A DNA stretch of 64,000 bases. Source: Clostridium sp. 28_17. GTDB taxonomy: Bacteria; Bacillota; Clostridia; TANB77; CAG-508. A program made the position numbers and the translations under genes. Positions 48,563 to 60,790 of this stretch are shown one piece after another. The stretch is taken from positions 31,948-95,947 of the forward strand of contig MNRS01000019.1 in NCBI GenBank assembly GCA_001916065.1, written 5' to 3'. Position 1 is the stretch's first letter, and the number at the start of each line of letters is the position of its first letter. A model generated the notes under the pieces. That model saw only the letters and a list, made by a program, of their open reading frames with translations. It had not been told where the DNA came from and did not search any database.

Positions 48563-48841
48563 TTATTTCCCCTCTTGAGCAGAAATATCTATCAAAGATA
48601 TTTCATGGCTTTTTATGTTTAAAAAGCCAAGAATTCCATTATGGTTATACTCTTGATAATCATAGATCTTAAAATTATTTTTTTCGACTACATCCAATAT
48701 TACATCTTTTGAAATGTAAAATGGAATAAAGATTTTATTTGGGTGAAATAATTTTCCATTATTCGCCCTGTCAATTAGAATTTCTTCTAAGATCATTTTC
48801 TGCTTCTTTCTGCTCTTAAAACTTGTTAAAATTTTTTTCAT
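48563..48841 (-). CDS. Hypothetical protein
   Basis: ORF only. Confidence 0.35.
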   Translation of the reverse strand: MKKILTSFKSRKKQKMILEEILIDRANNGKLFHPNKIFIPFYISKDVILDVVEKNNFKIYDYQEYNHNGILGFLNIKSHEISLIDISAQEGK

Positions 48842-48971
48842 GTTAATTCCTCCTTATGCTATAAAAACAAATTTATTATTACTAAAATCTATTTAAATTA
48901 TAGCATCAATTAACATAAATGTCAAAAAAATAACTCCCATTTGGGAGTCACAAAAACAAAGGTATAAAAAA

Positions 48972-49055
48972 CTATTTACAATCTTTACTATTTTGTCTAT
49001 CTGTATTAGGCTCTTGGTCTCTATTTTTATTATTTTTCTTGTTTGATTTTGACAT
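48972..49055 (-). CDS. Very small basic protein (27 aa) MSKSNKKNNKNRDQEPNTDRQNSKDCK
   Basis: GGAGG RBS 6 nt upstream; followed by ACTCCCATTTGGGAGT terminator hairpin 48934-48949; below ORF-track length cutoff. Confidence 0.3.
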   Translation of the reverse strand: MSKSNKKNNKNRDQEPNTDRQNSKDCK

Positions 49056-49204
49056 AAAAATGCACCTCCAATCGATTTCTAAAAATATTTTAACCTAAAA
49101 GCAAAAAAATATTCTAATAAAATTGTTTTTTTGAAAAAAAAGAGATATAATAAAAAACGAAAATTGACATTGATACATATCATAAAAAGAAAGAAGGAAT
49201 AAAA

Positions 49205-50605
49205 ATGAGTTATGAAAACAAAAAATTAAAAGAATTCAACGAATATATAAGATTTAGAAAAGTAGCAGTAATAGGCTTAGGAGTAAGCAATTTACCACTA
49301 TTAGAATACTTACATAACAAAAAAGCACAAGTAACAGTATTTGACGAAAGAACAGAAGAAGAAATACCAATGGATACAATAGCAAAAATAAAAACATATG
49401 AATTTGAAGCATCATTTGGAAAAAATTGTCTTGAAAAATTAAAAGGATTTAACGTAATTTTTAGGTCACCAAGTTGTTTGCCAACAAGACCAGAATTAAA
49501 GCAAGAAGCAGACAGGGGAGCAATTGTTACAACAGAAGTAGAAATGCTTATGGAAATGTGCCCATGTAAAATAATTGGTGTAACAGGAAGTGACGGAAAA
49601 ACAACTACAACAAGTTTAATAAATGCAATTTTACAACATGCAGGATATAAAACATTTTTAGGTGGAAATATTGGAACACCATTATTCACAAAATTACCAG
49701 AAATGGAACCAAATGATATAGTAGTTTTAGAATTAAGCAGTTTTCAATTAATGAATATGCATGTAAGCCCAGATATAGCAGTTATTACTAATATAACACC
49801 AAATCATTTAAATATACACAAAGATTATCAAGAATATATTGATGCAAAAAAATGTATATTCAAAAATCAAAATGAAAATGGAATATTAATATTAAATTAT
49901 GATAATGATATAACAAGAGAATGTAGCAAAGAAGCAAAAGGAAAAGTAATATTCTTTAGTAGCAAAGAAAAATTAGATAATGGATTCATAGTTGATGAAG
50001 ATATAATAAAAGAATGCAATGATGGAGTTAGAAAGCACATTTTAAACACCGATGAAGTTATTTTAAGAGGAAATCACAATTTCCAAAATATAGCAACTGC
50101 TCTTGCAGCAACAAAAACATTAGTTGATACAGATGTTGCAGTTGAAGCAATAAAAAAATTTAAGCCAGTTGAACACAGAATTGAATTTGTAAGAGAAATA
50201 GATGGAGTAAAATGGTACAATGACTCTGCAAGTTCTTCGCCTACAAGAACAATTTCAGGACTAAATGCATTTAAAGAAAACATCATTTTAATTGCAGGTG
50301 GATATGACAAAAACTTAGAATATCAACCACTTGCAAAACCAGTAGTAGATAAAGTTTCAACACTTATTTTAATTGGTCAAACAGCAGAAAAGATATATGA
50401 TGTTGTAAAAAATGAAGCAGAAAAAGAAAATAAAAAAATTAATATAAATATGTGTGATACATTAGAACAAACAATAGAAATTGCAAAAAAATCAGCTAAA
50501 AAAGGTGATATTGTACTATTCTCACCAGCAAGTGCAAGTTTTGATATGTTTAAAAATTTTGCCGACAGAGGCAATCAATTTAAAGATTTAGTAAATAAAA
50601 TTTAG
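49205..50605 (+). CDS. murD: UDP-N-acetylmuramoylalanine--D-glutamate ligase
   Basis: VIGVTGSDGKTTTTSLI; Mur ligase layout. Confidence 0.9.
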   Translation: MSYENKKLKEFNEYIRFRKVAVIGLGVSNLPLLEYLHNKKAQVTVFDERTEEEIPMDTIAKIKTYEFEASFGKNCLEKLKGFNVIFRSPSCLPTRPELKQEADRGAIVTTEVEMLMEMCPCKIIGVTGSDGKTTTTSLINAILQHAGYKTFLGGNIGTPLFTKLPEMEPNDIVVLELSSFQLMNMHVSPDIAVITNITPNHLNIHKDYQEYIDAKKCIFKNQNENGILILNYDNDITRECSKEAKGKVIFFSSKEKLDNGFIVDEDIIKECNDGVRKHILNTDEVILRGNHNFQNIATALAATKTLVDTDVAVEAIKKFKPVEHRIEFVREIDGVKWYNDSASSSPTRTISGLNAFKENIILIAGGYDKNLEYQPLAKPVVDKVSTLILIGQTAEKIYDVVKNEAEKENKKININMCDTLEQTIEIAKKSAKKGDIVLFSPASASFDMFKNFADRGNQFKDLVNKI

Positions 50606-50671
50606 TTTAATAAAAAAATTAAAGAGACTATCCAAAAAAAATTATTAAACAAATTTTTAACAAAAACAAAA

Positions 50672-50730
50672 CCTTCCTCATACGATATATAAAACTAATT
50701 TGCAAAAACAAATTAGAAAGATGAGGGAGG
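50672..50730 (+). promoter_or_regulatory. Two-tier stem-loop sequestering the SD of the downstream gene
   Basis: CCTTCCTCAT 50672-50681 pairs with ATGAGGGAGG 50721-50730 (covers GAGGGAGG SD); inner perfect stem CTAATTTG/CAAATTAG. Confidence 0.35.
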
Positions 50731-50736
50731 TTTGTT

Positions 50737-51420
50737 ATGTATAACGAAACATATGATGACTACATAAGAAGTATTTTAGGATATCCAGTAAGAAACCAAT
50801 TTGACCAGTTTAATCAAGGACAACAAGAATATCAGGGTTACCAAGAATATAGAAATCCAACATTTAATACAAATATAAATATATCTGGAAATAATGTTGA
50901 ATTAGAAAATAGTTACCCTGAAATATACAAAATTGTTTATCCTATGATTACTAAAAAATGTGAAAATGTTAGAGAAAGCAACATCACAAAAGATGATATT
51001 GAAAATATGACAGACGAGATTTATTATGCGTTAGAATCAAGAAACGAAACACAGATAAATATCAACCTAAGAAATGACGTAAATGGGTTAAAAAAGGTAA
51101 ATACTTCAAGTACTTTAGCAAGTAAAAATAATATCTCAACTATAAATAATGTAAGAACAGAATATAAAAAGCCTGAAGTGAAAGTATCAGAAACCACAGG
51201 AGAGAAAAGACAATTGAATGGAGGGTTAAGAGATTTAATTCAAATTCTATTAATACGTGAATTATTAAATAGACGTAGACCACCATTTAGACCACCAATG
51301 CCAAATCCACCCGGACCAGGGCCTCGTCCACCAATGAGACCACCGTTTGGACCTGGACCAGGAAGACCACCATTTAATAGAGATTTTGATAGTTTTAATG
51401 ATTTGTATGAACAGTCTTAA
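50737..51420 (+). CDS. Hypothetical protein with Pro/Gly-rich basic C-terminal tail
   Basis: C-terminus RRRPPFRPPMPNPPGPGPRPPMRPPFGPGPGRPPF. Confidence 0.45.
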   Translation: MYNETYDDYIRSILGYPVRNQFDQFNQGQQEYQGYQEYRNPTFNTNINISGNNVELENSYPEIYKIVYPMITKKCENVRESNITKDDIENMTDEIYYALESRNETQININLRNDVNGLKKVNTSSTLASKNNISTINNVRTEYKKPEVKVSETTGEKRQLNGGLRDLIQILLIRELLNRRRPPFRPPMPNPPGPGPRPPMRPPFGPGPGRPPFNRDFDSFNDLYEQS

Positions 51421-51469
51421 AAAAACAATTGACATAATACAATTCTGTTGAATTGGCACTCAACATATT

Positions 51470-51511
51470 GCGGTGGAATATTTTTAATAGGTTTCCACCG
51501 CAAGGTTTTTT
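51470..51511 (+). terminator. Rho-independent terminator
   Basis: GCGGTGGAA-N14-TTCCACCGC then T6. Confidence 0.6.
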
Positions 51512-51785
51512 AAAATTGGGAAAAAATAGCAAATATGCAAATTAAATTTTGCATATTTTTTTTATTTTCACAAATAATAATAAATGAAAAAATTTAAAAC
51601 AAAGCAATAAAAAACCAGAATTAAGATTTTGTACGCAGTGCAAACTGCTACAAAATCTAATTTCTGCCATATTTATATTCTACAGAAAGTTATCATACTA
51701 TGATAACTTTCCTAGAATATAAAAAACTTCAAAAGTAAATAATCTAAATTTTTTCAAACTTATTATTTGAAAGGAGAATTACAAA

Positions 51786-52232
51786 ATGAAAGTAAAAGAC
51801 TGTATGTGTGACGATGTATGTTGCGTAAAACCAGAAACTAAAATAACTGAGGTTGCAAAATTAATGAGTGAAAACCATATAGGATGTATACCAGTATGTG
51901 ACAGTAACAATTGTATATGTGGAATACTAACAGATAGAGACATTTTATTAAGAACAGTTGCATGTGATAAAGACTGCTCACAAACAACGGCAAGCGATAT
52001 AATGTCTACAGATTTATGTACTTGTAATCAAGATGACGATATAACAAACGCAGAAAGCAAAATGGCAAATAATCAAATAAGAAGATTACCAGTGTGCGAT
52101 GAAGAAAATCATGTAATAGGAATTTTAACTTTAGGAGATTTAGCACAAAACGAAATTCAATTAGGAAGTCAACAAGTTTGCAATACCATAAGCGATATTT
52201 GTAGTTGCAATTCAAGTAAAAATAATTCTTAA
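51786..52232 (+). CDS. Cys-rich CBS-domain pair protein
   Basis: Two CBS-like units (GCIPV...GILTDRDIL; RRLPVCDEENHVIGILTLGDL), 14 Cys. Confidence 0.65.
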   Translation: MKVKDCMCDDVCCVKPETKITEVAKLMSENHIGCIPVCDSNNCICGILTDRDILLRTVACDKDCSQTTASDIMSTDLCTCNQDDDITNAESKMANNQIRRLPVCDEENHVIGILTLGDLAQNEIQLGSQQVCNTISDICSCNSSKNNS

Positions 52233-52328
52233 AAATTATATTATTATTAAAAAAGTCCGAGCGCAGGACTTTTTTAGTGAATATAAACCACAAATTCACA
52301 TATAATAATTACATAGGAGAAGAAAAAA

Positions 52329-53426
52329 ATGATAATTGACATGTCATATTGGACAAGAGTTCTTAAGAAATTTTTATATGTTATACTAATATTAGTTGGT
52401 TTATTTTTTGCATTCAAACTAGCAATATTTTACACACCATTTTTAATAGCATTTATAATATCATTAATGGTAGAACCAGCAATAAGATTTATAATGAAAA
52501 AAATGAAATTTACAAGAAAAACAAGTTCAATAATAATATTTATAATTGTATCTGCAATAATAATAGGAGCAGTAGCGTGGGGGATAGTAGCACTTATTTC
52601 AGAGGCATCAAACTTATTGCAAGATTTAAATGGATATGTAGAAAAAGCATACATATTATTTCAAAATTTTACAAGTAAGTTTGATTTTAATAAAATTCAT
52701 TTACCAACCGAATTAACATCAATAATCCAAAACTCAACAGGTGATGTACTAACTTCAGCTTCAGGGTGGGTTAGAAATTTTTTGACAGGCTTATTAAATA
52801 TTATTACATCTATGCCATCTATTATAATATATTTTGTGGTAACAATTATGGCTTTATATTTAATATGTGTTGATAAAGTATATATTTTAGACCAAATAGA
52901 GCACCATTTTCCACAAAGATGGGTTTTTAAAGTTGGGACACACATAAAAGATTTAACAAAAACATTAGGTGGATATTTAAAAGCAGAAGCAACACTTATT
53001 TTAGTGTCTTTTATAATTTCTTTAATAGGATTATCTATATTAAAATTTGCAAATTTCAACATAGAATTCCCGTTATTAATGGCTTTATTTATAGGTTTTG
53101 TTGATGCATTACCAATTTTAGGTTCTGGAACAGTTATGATTCCCTGGGCTATTATTTCTGGTTTAAATGGAGATTTAAAATTAGGTATAGCAATTATTAT
53201 TTTGTTAATTATAATGTCAACAGTAAGACAATTTTTAGAACCTAAGTTAGTTAGTAAGCATATTGGTACGCATCCGATTTTTACACTAATTGCTATGTAT
53301 ACAGGTTTTAAGTTTATTGGCATTTTAGGTATGCTTGTTGGTCCTATTATTTTGATTATAATAAAAAATGTTTTTGCAACTTTGATAGATGAGGGAGTCG
53401 TAAAAAGTATTTTTGATAGAAATTAA
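52329..53426 (+). CDS. AI-2E family transporter (UPF0118/YtvI-like)
   Basis: Eight TM, conserved PWAII, FLEPKLV segment. Confidence 0.75.
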   Translation: MIIDMSYWTRVLKKFLYVILILVGLFFAFKLAIFYTPFLIAFIISLMVEPAIRFIMKKMKFTRKTSSIIIFIIVSAIIIGAVAWGIVALISEASNLLQDLNGYVEKAYILFQNFTSKFDFNKIHLPTELTSIIQNSTGDVLTSASGWVRNFLTGLLNIITSMPSIIIYFVVTIMALYLICVDKVYILDQIEHHFPQRWVFKVGTHIKDLTKTLGGYLKAEATLILVSFIISLIGLSILKFANFNIEFPLLMALFIGFVDALPILGSGTVMIPWAIISGLNGDLKLGIAIIILLIIMSTVRQFLEPKLVSKHIGTHPIFTLIAMYTGFKFIGILGMLVGPIILIIIKNVFATLIDEGVVKSIFDRN

Positions 53427-53428
53427 AA

Positions 53429-53463
53429 AATCGGGATTGAAGATTTGACTTCAAATTCCGATT
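53429..53463. repeat. REP-like hairpin, TCGGGATTGAAG family
   Basis: Shares 12-mer TCGGGATTGAAG with 45111; imperfect inverted partner CTTCAAATTCCGATT. Confidence 0.4.
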
Positions 53464-53478
53464 TTTATTATACTATAA

Positions 53479-55014
53479 TTATTCCCATTCAATTGTTGCA
53501 GGTGGTTTAGAAGTTATATCATACACAACACGGTTTACATGGTCAACTTCGTTTACAATTCTTGATGAAACTTTTTCTAAAACTTCATAAGGAATTCTGC
53601 TCCAAACACCTGTCATAAAATCTGTTGTTTCAACTGCTCTTAATGCAACAGTATAGTCATAAGTTCTTTCGTCACCCATAACACCAACTGATTTTAAATT
53701 TGTTAATACTGCAAAATATTGATTAATATTTTTGTGTAATCCTGCATTTGCAATTTCTTCTCTGAAGATATAATCTGCATCTTTTAAGATATTTAATTTA
53801 TCTTCAGTAATATCTCCAATAACTCTTATTGCAAGACCTGGACCGGGGAATGGTTGTCTAAATACTAAGTTTTCTGGCATTCCTAATTCTAATCCTGTTT
53901 TTCTAACTTCATCTTTAAATAAATCTCTTAAAGGTTCAATTATTTCTTTGAAGTCAACATAGTCAGGTAAACCACCAACATTATGATGACTTTTTATAAC
54001 AGAACTTTTTCCAAGACCACTTTCGATAACGTCAGGATAAATAGTTCCTTGTACTAAGAAATCAACAGTACCAATTTTTTTTGCTTCTTCTTCAAAAACT
54101 CTTATAAATTCTTCACCAATAATTTTTCTCTTTGTTTCTGGGTCACTAACACCTGCAAGTTTTGCTAAAAATCTATCTTTAGCATTAACTCTAATAAAGT
54201 TAATATCTTGATTTTTGAAAACTTCCTCAACTTCGTCACCTTCGTTTTTACGAAGCAAACCATGGTCAACAAAAATACAAGTTAAGTTTTTACCAATAGC
54301 TCTTGAAAGTAAAACTGCAGCAACAGATGAATCAACACCTCCAGATAGGGCACATAATGCTTTTTTATCACCAATTTTTTCTTTTAATTTTGCAATACTT
54401 TCTTCAACAAAAGAAGATATAATCCAGTCTCCTGAACATTTACAAATATTAAATAAGAAGTTTTTAATTACTTGTGTTCCATTTATAGAACTATTAACTT
54501 CTGGATGGAATTGGATACCGTATAAATTTTTTTCTTTGTTTTCCATTGCGGCATTTGGACAAGATGAAGTATGTCCAATGTTTTTAAATCCTTCTGGAAC
54601 TTTTTCAACAAAATCTGTATGGCTCATTAAGAAACCATTTGTATTTTCAAAGCCTTCAAAAAGTAGGGAAGAATTGTCAATAGATACATCTGTTGTACCA
54701 TATTCTCTTTTATCTGCTCTTGCAACATTACCACCTAATGTATATGTCATAAGTTGCATTCCATAGCATATTCCAAGTACAGGAATTCCAAGTTCAAAAA
54801 TTCCTTCTGCACATCTTGGAGAATCTTCTCCATATACACTTGCAGGTCCTCCTGTAAAAATGATTCCTTTTGGATTTTTTTCTTTGATTTTTTCAATAGA
54901 AATGTCAAAAGGGACAACTTCTGAATAAACATTACATTCTCTTACACGTCTTGCTATTAATTGATTATATTGTCCACCGAAGTCTAAAATTAAAATTAAT
55001 TCATTGTTTTTCAC
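53479..55014 (-). CDS. guaA: GMP synthase (glutamine-hydrolysing)
   Basis: GATase (ILDFGGQY..., CYGMQ) plus ATP-PPase SGGVDSSV. Confidence 0.9.
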   Translation of the reverse strand: MKNNELILILDFGGQYNQLIARRVRECNVYSEVVPFDISIEKIKEKNPKGIIFTGGPASVYGEDSPRCAEGIFELGIPVLGICYGMQLMTYTLGGNVARADKREYGTTDVSIDNSSLLFEGFENTNGFLMSHTDFVEKVPEGFKNIGHTSSCPNAAMENKEKNLYGIQFHPEVNSSINGTQVIKNFLFNICKCSGDWIISSFVEESIAKLKEKIGDKKALCALSGGVDSSVAAVLLSRAIGKNLTCIFVDHGLLRKNEGDEVEEVFKNQDINFIRVNAKDRFLAKLAGVSDPETKRKIIGEEFIRVFEEEAKKIGTVDFLVQGTIYPDVIESGLGKSSVIKSHHNVGGLPDYVDFKEIIEPLRDLFKDEVRKTGLELGMPENLVFRQPFPGPGLAIRVIGDITEDKLNILKDADYIFREEIANAGLHKNINQYFAVLTNLKSVGVMGDERTYDYTVALRAVETTDFMTGVWSRIPYEVLEKVSSRIVNEVDHVNRVVYDITSKPPATIEWE

Positions 55015-55073
55015 GATATATCCTCCTAAACAAATATTTTGTAATATTTTATCATATTTTGTAAAAAAAGTAA

Positions 55074-55105
55074 AGGAAAAGCAGAAGATTAATCTTCTGC
55101 TTTTC
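55074..55105. terminator. Bidirectional terminator
   Basis: GGAAAAGCAGAAGATTAATCTTCTGCTTTTCC perfect palindrome. Confidence 0.6.
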
Positions 55106-55496
55106 CAATAGCAAGGAACATTGGCTTTATTCCTATTTTTGCATATTCAGAAATCATGTTGTCAATATCAACATCTTGAATCTCTGTATATACAGAAGGA
55201 CGTTCTGTCCATGTTCCATTGCTTTCGCGCCGGGCAAAATGATAGTCATAATATTCTGGTCTTCCTTCATAGTCGAATTTTATGGCAATAAATCCAAAAA
55301 ATACAACTAACCATTCACCATCAAGTAAATCATCTACGCTATTTACTTTCCGGCAAGTCCGGTGATAGGTATCTTGACATTTTGTTGAAATTTCAACAAA
55401 TGGATCTAAAGAATACCATAACTTTAATTCAGAATTTAAGAGATCATATCCCTCGATGTCTAATGCATATGTCATGCAATTAATAAATTTCTTCAT
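55089..55496 (-). CDS. Hypothetical protein (GC slightly elevated)
   Basis: ORF only. Confidence 0.4.
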   Translation of the reverse strand: MKKFINCMTYALDIEGYDLLNSELKLWYSLDPFVEISTKCQDTYHRTCRKVNSVDDLLDGEWLVVFFGFIAIKFDYEGRPEYYDYHFARRESNGTWTERPSVYTEIQDVDIDNMISEYAKIGIKPMFLAIGKAED

Positions 55497-55564
55497 GTCA
55501 ATTCCTCTCTTTCAACAGTTAATTACATATATTATAACATAATTTAAAAAATTTTTCAAAATTA

Positions 55565-55593
55565 TTGCAAAAGAAAACTTAAATTGTTATAAT
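55565..55593 (+). promoter_or_regulatory. Sigma-70-like promoter TTGCAA-17-TATAAT for guaB
   Basis: Hexamers 55565-55570 and 55588-55593. Confidence 0.4.
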
Positions 55594-55624
55594 TTTTATA
55601 TTAAGAAATAAGGAGGAAACAAAA

Positions 55625-57136
55625 ATGGCAAAAATTGTTGAAGGAATATCAAGAACATTTAACGAATTCTTATTATTACCAAACTTAACAACAGAAGAAT
55701 GTATACCAAACAACGTATCATTAAAAACACCACTAGTAAAATTCAAAAAAGGAGAAGAACCAAAATACTCTGCAAACATACCAATGGTATCTGCAATAAT
55801 GCAATCAGTATCAGGAGAAGAAATGGGAATAGCACTAGCAAGAGAAGGAGGAGTAGCCTTCATTTATGGTGCACAATCAATAGAAAGTCAAGCTAACATG
55901 GTTAGACATGTAAAAAAACACAAAGCAGGATTTGTAGTAAGTGACTCTAATGTAAAAAGTGGAACACCACTAAGAGATGTTATGGAACTTACAAAAGAAA
56001 CAGGTCATTCAACAGTAATGATAACAGAAGACGGAACAGAAAACGGAAAATTTTTAGGATTAGTTACAGATAAAGACTATAGAATATCAAGAGATGATTT
56101 AGACGCTCCAATTGATAATTATATGACACCAAAAGAAAAAGTTATTTGGGCAGAAGAAGGAATAACTCTAGTAGAAGCAAATGATATAATTTGGGAAAAG
56201 AAAAAAGAATGTTTACCAATATTAACAAAAGAAGGTAATCTAAAATATTTAGTATTTAGAAAAGACTATGAAGAAAGAAAAAATAACCCAAACTCATTAT
56301 TAGACGAAAATAAAAGATATATTGTAGGAGCAGGAATAAACACAAGAGACTATGAAGAAAGAATACCTGCATTAGTAGAAGCCGGAGCAGATTTATTATG
56401 TATGGACTCTTCAGATGGATATTCAGTATGGCAAAAAAATACTATAGATTATGTAAGAAAAACATATGGAGATAGTGTAAAAATAGGAGCAGGAAATGTT
56501 GTAGATGCAGAAGGATTTAAATATCTAGCAGAAGCTGGAGCAGATTTTATAAAAGTCGGTGTAGGTGGAGGATCTATCTGTATAACACGTGAAACAAAAG
56601 GAATTGGTAGAGGACAAGCAAGTGCATTAATCGACGTAGTAAAAGCACGTGACGAATATTACGAAGAAACAGGAATTTATATTCCAATATGTTCAGACGG
56701 AGGAATTGTACATGACCATCATATAACAATAGCATTATCATTAGGAGCAGACTTTGTTATGATGGGAAGATATTTTGCAAGATTTGACGAAAGCCCTACA
56801 AGAGTATTAAAAATAGGAAATAACTATGTAAAAGAATACTGGGGAGAAGGATCTAACCGTGCTAGAAACTGGCAAAGATATGACATGGGAGGAGAAAAAA
56901 ACAAATTATCTTTTGAAGAAGGTGTTGATTCTTACATTCCTTATGCAGGACCATTAAAAGACAATTTAAATGTAACAGTAACAAAAATAAAATCAACAAT
57001 GTGCAACTGTGGAGCAATAACAATTAAAGAATTACACGAAAAAGCAAGATTAACTTTAGTTTCTAATGTAAGTATTGCAGAAGGTAGTGCACATGATGTT
57101 ATGCTAAAAGAAGTAGATAAAAATTATAATAATTAA
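55625..57136 (+). CDS. guaB: IMP dehydrogenase
   Basis: [12 protein letters not shown] active-site loop, CBS subdomain, GADFVMMG. Confidence 0.9.
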   Translation: MAKIVEGISRTFNEFLLLPNLTTEECIPNNVSLKTPLVKFKKGEEPKYSANIPMVSAIMQSVSGEEMGIALAREGGVAFIYGAQSIESQANMVRHVKKHKAGFVVSDSNVKSGTPLRDVMELTKETGHSTVMITEDGTENGKFLGLVTDKDYRISRDDLDAPIDNYMTPKEKVIWAEEGITLVEANDIIWEKKKECLPILTKEGNLKYLVFRKDYEERKNNPNSLLDENKRYIVGAGINTRDYEERIPALVEAGADLLCMDSSDGYSVWQKNTIDYVRKTYGDSVKIGAGNVVDAEGFKYLAEAGADFIKVGVGGGSICITRETKGIGRGQASALIDVVKARDEYYEETGIYIPICSDGGIVHDHHITIALSLGADFVMMGRYFARFDESPTRVLKIGNNYVKEYWGEGSNRARNWQRYDMGGEKNKLSFEEGVDSYIPYAGPLKDNLNVTVTKIKSTMCNCGAITIKELHEKARLTLVSNVSIAEGSAHDVMLKEVDKNYNN

Positions 57137-57168
57137 TAACAAAAATGTCCTTTTAACAAAGGGCATTT

Positions 57169-57720
57169 TTATAATATCCCAGCCGTAGGAATATAACTAT
57201 CATCAGGAGGATAAACATACTCATCAGAAGAAGGTTTGTCAACACTTTTTATATCAGTAACTTTAACAATAGGCATATCACCATGATAATCACCTTTCAC
57301 AATAGTACCAGTAACTTTAACCCACGAATTATCAGTAAAATTCTTAGCATTATCGCACTCACACAAAAAGCCAACAACAACAGACTGGGAATTAGAACTA
57401 ACAATCATGTCACGAGCCAGAACAAATTGATTATCTTGCAAATCTAAAACCCTATAAACATAGCCTGTAAAGCAAATCTTTTTACCAACATAAGAATCAA
57501 TATTTTCATGAACAGTCTTTAAAATATTTGTATAATTTCTTGGTTGAATTTCGGAAACACCATTTTGAGGAAAGCAACTTTGGGATTTAGAAGCATTATT
57601 AGCACCACCAAAAACTCTACACATAACAATTCCCAAAATAACAACTAAAAACGCAATTATCCCCATAAAAAAATATTTAAAAATTTTACTCCCATTAACT
57701 TTAACATTAAAAATAAACAT
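57169..57720 (-). CDS. Hypothetical membrane-anchored protein
   Basis: N-terminal TM; start set at MFIFNV with AAAGGGG RBS. Confidence 0.4.
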   Translation of the reverse strand: MFIFNVKVNGSKIFKYFFMGIIAFLVVILGIVMCRVFGGANNASKSQSCFPQNGVSEIQPRNYTNILKTVHENIDSYVGKKICFTGYVYRVLDLQDNQFVLARDMIVSSNSQSVVVGFLCECDNAKNFTDNSWVKVTGTIVKGDYHGDMPIVKVTDIKSVDKPSSDEYVYPPDDSYIPTAGIL

Positions 57721-57951
57721 ACAAAAACCCCTTTTCAATTCTCAATTTACAATCTATTTAATACATAAATAACAAAATTCTTATTGTACATACTAAAATG
57801 TATTTAATAGCAAAAAAAATATGCTTATTTTTTTATTAAAAATACTTGCTAAAAACCAATTTTAGTGATATAGTAACAAAGTACAAAAGGGAAAGTTAGT
57901 AACAAAAAATTTTCCACAATATCAAAAATAAACTTAGGAGGAATGTACCAA

Positions 57952-60699
57952 ATGAAATTTTTCAAAACATACAGCGAAAAAGAAGTAAAAAGGGTAATGC
58001 CAATAGTAAAGAAAATTAATGAATTAGAACCAGAAATGGAAAAATTAACAGACCACGAATTAAGAGGAAAAACAGAATATTTCAAAAAGCAATTAGCAGA
58101 TGGAAAAACATTAGATGATATATTACCAGAAGCATTTGCAGTTGTAAGAGAAGCCTCAAAAAGAGCATTAGGAATGAGACACTTTGATGTTCAATTAATA
58201 GGTGGAATTATATTACACCAAGGAAGAATTGCCGAAATGAAAACTGGTGAAGGAAAAACATTAGTTGCAACATTACCAGTATACTTAAATGCACTAGAAG
58301 GAAAAGGAGTTCATGTAATTACAGTAAACGACTACCTAGCAAAAAGAGATAGTGAATGGATGGGAAAATTATATAAATTTTTAGGACTTTCAGTAGGACT
58401 AGTAATTGCAGGAATGGACCCACAAGCAAAACAAAAAGCATATGCAGCAGATATCACATATGGTACAAACAACGAATTTGGATTTGATTATTTAAGAGAT
58501 AATATGGTAATCTATCAAAATCAATTGGTACAAAGAGGATTACATTATGCAATTGTCGATGAAATTGATAGTATTTTAATAGATGAAGCAAGAACACCAC
58601 TTATCATATCTGGTAGAGCAAACGAATCTTCAGATTTATATAAAAGAGCAGATAACTTCGTAAAAAAATTAGAAGCAAAAGTTATTGTAGAAGAAGATGT
58701 AAAAGATTTTGAACAAGCAGAAGACAACGAAAAATATGATTACATTGTAGACCTAAAAGCAAAATCTGCATCATTAACACAAAAAGGTATTAAAAAAGCA
58801 GAAGAATTCTTTAACCTAGAAAACTTCAACGACCTAGAAAATTCAACAATAGTACACCATGTAAACCAAGCACTAAGAGCAAATGGTGTAATGAAAAAAG
58901 ATATAGATTACATCGTAAAAGATGGAGAAGTTCTAATTGTAGATGAATTTACAGGACGTATCATGTATGGAAGAAGATACAACAATGGATTACATCAAGC
59001 AATTGAAGCAAAAGAAAAAGTCAAAATTGCAGACGAATCAAAAACACTTGCAACAATAACATTCCAAAACTTCTTTAGAATGTATGATAAATTATCTGGT
59101 ATGACTGGTACAGCCATGACAGAAGAGGCAGAATTTGAAGAAATATATAACTTAGACGTTGTTGAAATACCAACAAATAAACCTATGGTTAGAAAAGACG
59201 AAAATGATGTTATATACAAAAATGAAAGAGCAAAATTTAAAGCTGTTGTTGAAAGTGTTAAAGAAAGCCATGAAAAAGGACAACCAGTTCTAATTGGTAC
59301 AGTATCAATTGAAAAATCAGAAAAATTAAGCAAATTACTTGATAAAGAAAGAATACCACATGAAGTATTAAACGCAAAATCACATGAAAAAGAAGCTATG
59401 ATAGTTGCCCAAGCAGGTAAATTTGGTGCAGTTACAATTGCTACAAACATGGCAGGACGTGGTACTGACATTATGCTAGGTGGAAATAGCGAATACTTAG
59501 CAAAAGAAGAAATGAGAAAAAATAAAGTACCAGAAAACTTAATAGAAGAAGCAAACACATATTATGAAACAGACGACCAAGACATATTAAGAGCAAGAGA
59601 ACAATTCAATAAATTAGTTGAAAAATATGACGAAAAAATAAAAGAAGAAAAACAAAAAGTTATAGATGCAGGAGGTCTAAAAATAATTGGTACAGAAAGA
59701 CACGAATCAAGAAGAATTGACAACCAATTAAGAGGACGTTCTGGACGTCAAGGCGATGTCGGAGAATCAAGATTCTTTATCGGACTAGATGATGACTTAA
59801 TGAAAATCTTTGGCGGAGACGCAATAACAAAAGTTTACAATACATTAGGTGCAGACGAAGACATGCCAATTACTGCAAAATTAATATCAAAAACAGTTGC
59901 AAATGCTCAAAAGAAAGTTGAAGGTAGAAACTTCAGTATCCGTAAAAATGTATTAAAATATGATGATGTTATGAACGCACAAAGAGAAATTATTTACAAA
60001 CAAAGAAGAGAAGTTCTTGACGGAGAAGATATCCATAGCAACATATTAAATATGATAAATTCAATAGCAGAAGAAACAGTTGCAATGTTTGTTGAAGGTG
60101 AAGACGGAAAATCAATTAATGTAGAAGCTTTAAATACAGAAATAACAAACGAATTTGGTTTAGAAATGTATGACTTCATTAAAGAACATGAAAATGATTC
60201 AAATGCAATTATAGAAGAATTAGAAAAACAAGCATTAAACAAATATCAAGCAAAAGAAGAAGAAATTACTTCTGAAAAAATGAGAGAACTTGAAAGAGTT
60301 GTAATGCTTAAAGTTGTTGACGAAAAATGGATGAACCATATTGATAATATGGACGAATTAAAAAATGGTATCGGATTAAGAGCTTACGGACAACAAGATC
60401 CAGTTGTTAAATACAGAATGGAAGGTATGGATATGTTTGAAGAAATGATTGCAAACATAAAAGTAGATGTTGTTAAAATTCTTATGAATATCAGAAGACA
60501 AAATGGTGAAGTTAAAAGACAAGAAGCAGTAAAAATTACAGGTGCAGCATTAGAAGCTATCAATAGTGTTGATGGTGGTAAAAAAATAAATACTCCTGAA
60601 TATAGTCAGACAGTTGTAAATGAAGGACCAAAAGTTGGTAGAAATGACCCATGTCCATGTGGAAGCGGCAAAAAGTATAAAAACTGTTGTGGAAAGTAA
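57952..60699 (+). CDS. secA: Preprotein translocase ATPase SecA
   Basis: DEAD-like motor motifs ([28 protein letters not shown]), C-terminal Zn finger [15 protein letters not shown]. Confidence 0.9.
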   Translation: MKFFKTYSEKEVKRVMPIVKKINELEPEMEKLTDHELRGKTEYFKKQLADGKTLDDILPEAFAVVREASKRALGMRHFDVQLIGGIILHQGRIAEMKTGEGKTLVATLPVYLNALEGKGVHVITVNDYLAKRDSEWMGKLYKFLGLSVGLVIAGMDPQAKQKAYAADITYGTNNEFGFDYLRDNMVIYQNQLVQRGLHYAIVDEIDSILIDEARTPLIISGRANESSDLYKRADNFVKKLEAKVIVEEDVKDFEQAEDNEKYDYIVDLKAKSASLTQKGIKKAEEFFNLENFNDLENSTIVHHVNQALRANGVMKKDIDYIVKDGEVLIVDEFTGRIMYGRRYNNGLHQAIEAKEKVKIADESKTLATITFQNFFRMYDKLSGMTGTAMTEEAEFEEIYNLDVVEIPTNKPMVRKDENDVIYKNERAKFKAVVESVKESHEKGQPVLIGTVSIEKSEKLSKLLDKERIPHEVLNAKSHEKEAMIVAQAGKFGAVTIATNMAGRGTDIMLGGNSEYLAKEEMRKNKVPENLIEEANTYYETDDQDILRAREQFNKLVEKYDEKIKEEKQKVIDAGGLKIIGTERHESRRIDNQLRGRSGRQGDVGESRFFIGLDDDLMKIFGGDAITKVYNTLGADEDMPITAKLISKTVANAQKKVEGRNFSIRKNVLKYDDVMNAQREIIYKQRREVLDGEDIHSNILNMINSIAEETVAMFVEGEDGKSINVEALNTEITNEFGLEMYDFIKEHENDSNAIIEELEKQALNKYQAKEEEITSEKMRELERVVMLKVVDEKWMNHIDNMDELKNGIGLRAYGQQDPVVKYRMEGMDMFEEMIANIKVDVVKILMNIRRQNGEVKRQEAVKITGAALEAINSVDGGKKINTPEYSQTVVNEGPKVGRNDPCPCGSGKKYKNCCGK

Positions 60700-60790
60700 C
60701 ATAAAATAAGTGAAGGATTTAAATTTTAAAAAAGAGAAATAGGTTTGAGTTTTATAACTTGTCTACGAAATATTAAAAAAATAAGTGAAA

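Noticed and set aside
55015-55074. Purine riboswitch upstream of guaA
   Set aside because: Only about 60 nt of leader, dominated by a bidirectional terminator; no room or conserved junction motifs for a riboswitch aptamer
55579-55896. ORFs 55579-55863 (-) and 55699-55896 (+) overlapping guaB start
   Set aside because: Out-of-frame or antisense to a highly conserved IMPDH N-terminus; no independent support
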